DNA of 64,000 nucleotides, taken from contig NC_086097.1 of assembly GCF_963921235.1 (NCBI RefSeq), forward strand, positions 171,370,001 to 171,434,000, given 5' to 3'. Shown in pieces: positions 61,987 to 64,000 of this stretch. The notes below the pieces were generated by a model, which was not told where the DNA came from, ran no database searches, and was given only the letters and a program-made list of their open reading frames with translations. The translations under genes were made by a program, and so were the position numbers. Numbering within the stretch: the first letter of the stretch is position 1; every line of letters begins with the position of its first letter. The DNA comes from Mobula hypostoma (lineage: Eukaryota).

Positions 61987-64000
61987 TGTCATGGTCCCAT
62001 CTGGCAAATCCCCATCTTGCTATTACCCCCTTAATTGGGCCTTAATCCCCTCGTCCGATTTCCAATTATTCCCAGTTCCACTAATTACAGCACACCTGGT
62101 TTCCATTAGTGAACATAGGATAAAACTCGTGTGGTACAGCCATACTTTGCCAGTTTGTTGGCTGACTCCAGAGTGAGTAGACCTTGTTTCCTGATTCCTT
62201 GGGATTGACAGTTCTAAGCTCTGTATCATTTCTGGGATACTCTATGTAAACCTCAACTCTGTATGAAGACTCTCCTGGATACTGGTTCCCTGTTTGCGGT
62301 GGTGCTAATGCCTCACGACTGCCTCTGCGCCTGTGTCCTGCACTTGGGTTTGTCCTCAGCCTCATCTGTGCAACAGAATGAACTAGCCAAGAATGAACCC
62401 AGCAGACACAGACCCTGTGCAATAGGCCCTCGATAGCTAGGGATACCTACTGGGTGCCCGCAACCAGCTGCTCAGAGAAATCACGGAAAACTTCTGTGTG
62501 CTGTCCACGAATGTGAGGAAGGTCAGTGAGCAGGTTGACTGGCTATTTGCTTCCCTTACTCCGTCCCTTCCAAGAACCCTGACTAACCAAACTGCACAGC
62601 CTGGGATGGCTACGCCCCTTGGATAGGCAACACACTCCCCTCAAGAGCTGTATGTACCCAAACTGAAACCCTACACTGGGGACCTAGGGAAGTGCTGGGC
62701 CTTCTTATTACAATGCTCTTTGGTCTTTGAGCAACAGCCACATACATACACCTTGGACAGATTGAAGATTGCATACTTCATGGGGCTGTTACGAGGTGAT
62801 GCCTTGGCATAGGCCACCATGTCTGGAACAACTGCCCAGAGGTCTGTTCCTCCTTCGTCTCTGAAATGAGGAACGTCGTTAAACAGCCCATTCGCGGTAA
62901 GGACGCCACTAAGCGCTTGCTAACTCTCAGTCAGGGCTTGTGAAGCGTAGCTAAATACTCCACTGAGTTCCAAACATTAGCGCCGACTCTGGGTGGAATG
63001 ACGAGGCACTACGGGAAGTGTTCCGACAGGGCCTCTCAGATAAGATAAAAGATGAACGGGCAGCGAGGGATGATGCAGACAGCCTGGACTCTCTAATCTC
63101 TCCAGCCACCAGGCCCAATAAGAGTGTCTAACCAGTCGCCCCGCTCCTCGGGTCAGCCCACGTCCCACCTTACCATCTTCAGCCAGCCTCCCTTCCCCAG
63201 CCGCTTCAACTATGGTTCCTGCTCCGACCGTCCCCACTACCCTGGGAGAGGAACCGATGAAGCTGGGACAGAACCATCTCTCCCCTGCTGAACGACTTCA
63301 GAGGCGGAGAGCTGGGGATCATTACCATTGCGGCCAGCCATGACATTTCCGGGATACCTGTCCTCGTCAGCCAAAAGGGAGAGCTCACCAGTAGAAAGGG
63401 GGACCCTGGTGAGCCGGATGACACTCCCTTCAGTCCGCCAGACCTGATGCAGATCCCAGCTACCATGAATTATCAACAACAGTCCCTGTCCCTATGTGCC
63501 TTGGTGGATTCCCGAGGGAAATCTGCTGGGTGAGGACAGAACCTCCCGGGCCGGAATACCTCGGGCCCCATTAAGTATCCCTCTGGAAGCCCTGGCACTG
63601 GATGGAAAACTGCTGGCTCAGATTACCCACTGTACGCCACCCCTGACCTTCATTCTGTCTGGAAACCATCAAGAGGAGGTACAATTTAATCTCATCCATT
63701 CTCCTCAAGCTCTTGTAGTTCTAGGATATCCCTGGCTGAACCACCACAACCCCTACATCGACTGGTCTACCGGGAGGATAGCCAGCTGGAGCCTGTTTTG
63801 CCACTCCACCTGTCTGCGGTCGGCTCCATCCCCTAGGGAGATTGCCGCAACCCCATCTGTCTTGGAACCTCTCGACTTGTCCAGAGTCCCCGCAGAATGC
63901 CATGACCTGGGATAGGTATTCAACAAACAACAGGCTCTTTCCCTGCCTCTGCACTGCCCATATGATTGCACTATCGACCTTCTCCCCGGGGCCTCGTTAC
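61987..64000 (+). mobile_element. Decayed Ty3/Gypsy LTR retrotransposon of the Tf1/sushi group (5' LTR 61987-62375, gag, protease, start of RT); continues beyond the window
   Basis: TGTCA...AACA LTR; gag ATG at 62393 (MNPAD..., stop at 62423); YTGDLGKCWAFLLQCSLVFEQQP...KIAYFMGLLRGDALA; degenerate CCHC knuckle at about 63320-63363; protease ALVDS...LVVLGYPWLNHHNPYIDW; LPLHCPYDCTIDLLPG. Confidence 0.92.

Noticed and set aside
62393..64000. Domesticated PEG10/RTL1-like gene
   Set aside because: Multiple stops and frameshifts in gag and pol, and the LTR is still attached; it is a decaying retrotransposon.
58716..64000. Next upstream cadherin exon (EC3)
   Set aside because: No cadherin motifs found on the minus strand in this interval; the exon presumably lies beyond the window.

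Overview
Eukaryotic, repeat-dense vertebrate DNA. The repeat complement (CR1, Rex1/Babar, Penelope-like, V-SINE and DeuSINE-type elements) points to a cartilaginous fish, probably a ray; that assignment is inference. The only host gene visible is the 3' part of a type II classical cadherin on the minus strand. Six coding exons were reconstructed by hand (58462-58715, 48027-48163, 40794-40915, 27977-28094, 22989-23240, 16855-17342). All have GT-AG boundaries and join in one frame (1371 nt = 456 aa + stop), covering the end of EC3, EC4, EC5, the TM helix and the catenin-binding tail. Diagnostic residues favour CDH19 within the CDH7/19/20 group; the upstream exons lie beyond the window. Most of the rest is transposon-derived: a young CR1 with an uninterrupted 807-aa ORF2, many decayed or nested CR1 and Rex1 fragments, Penelope-like elements, a solo LTR, a decayed Tf1/sushi-type Gypsy element, a hAT-like MITE, SINEs and several non-autonomous retroposons. 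I found no convincing novel protein system. The most notable sequence-level signals are (i) a minimal hammerhead-ribozyme motif recurring in Penelope-type terminal repeats, (ii) a self-priming PBS/LTR pairing in the Gypsy element, (iii) cadherin exons with TE insertions pressed against their splice signals, and (iv) non-tRNA bipartite non-autonomous retroposon families. Boundaries of decayed repeats are approximate (tens of bp); family names come from recalled motifs, not database searches.
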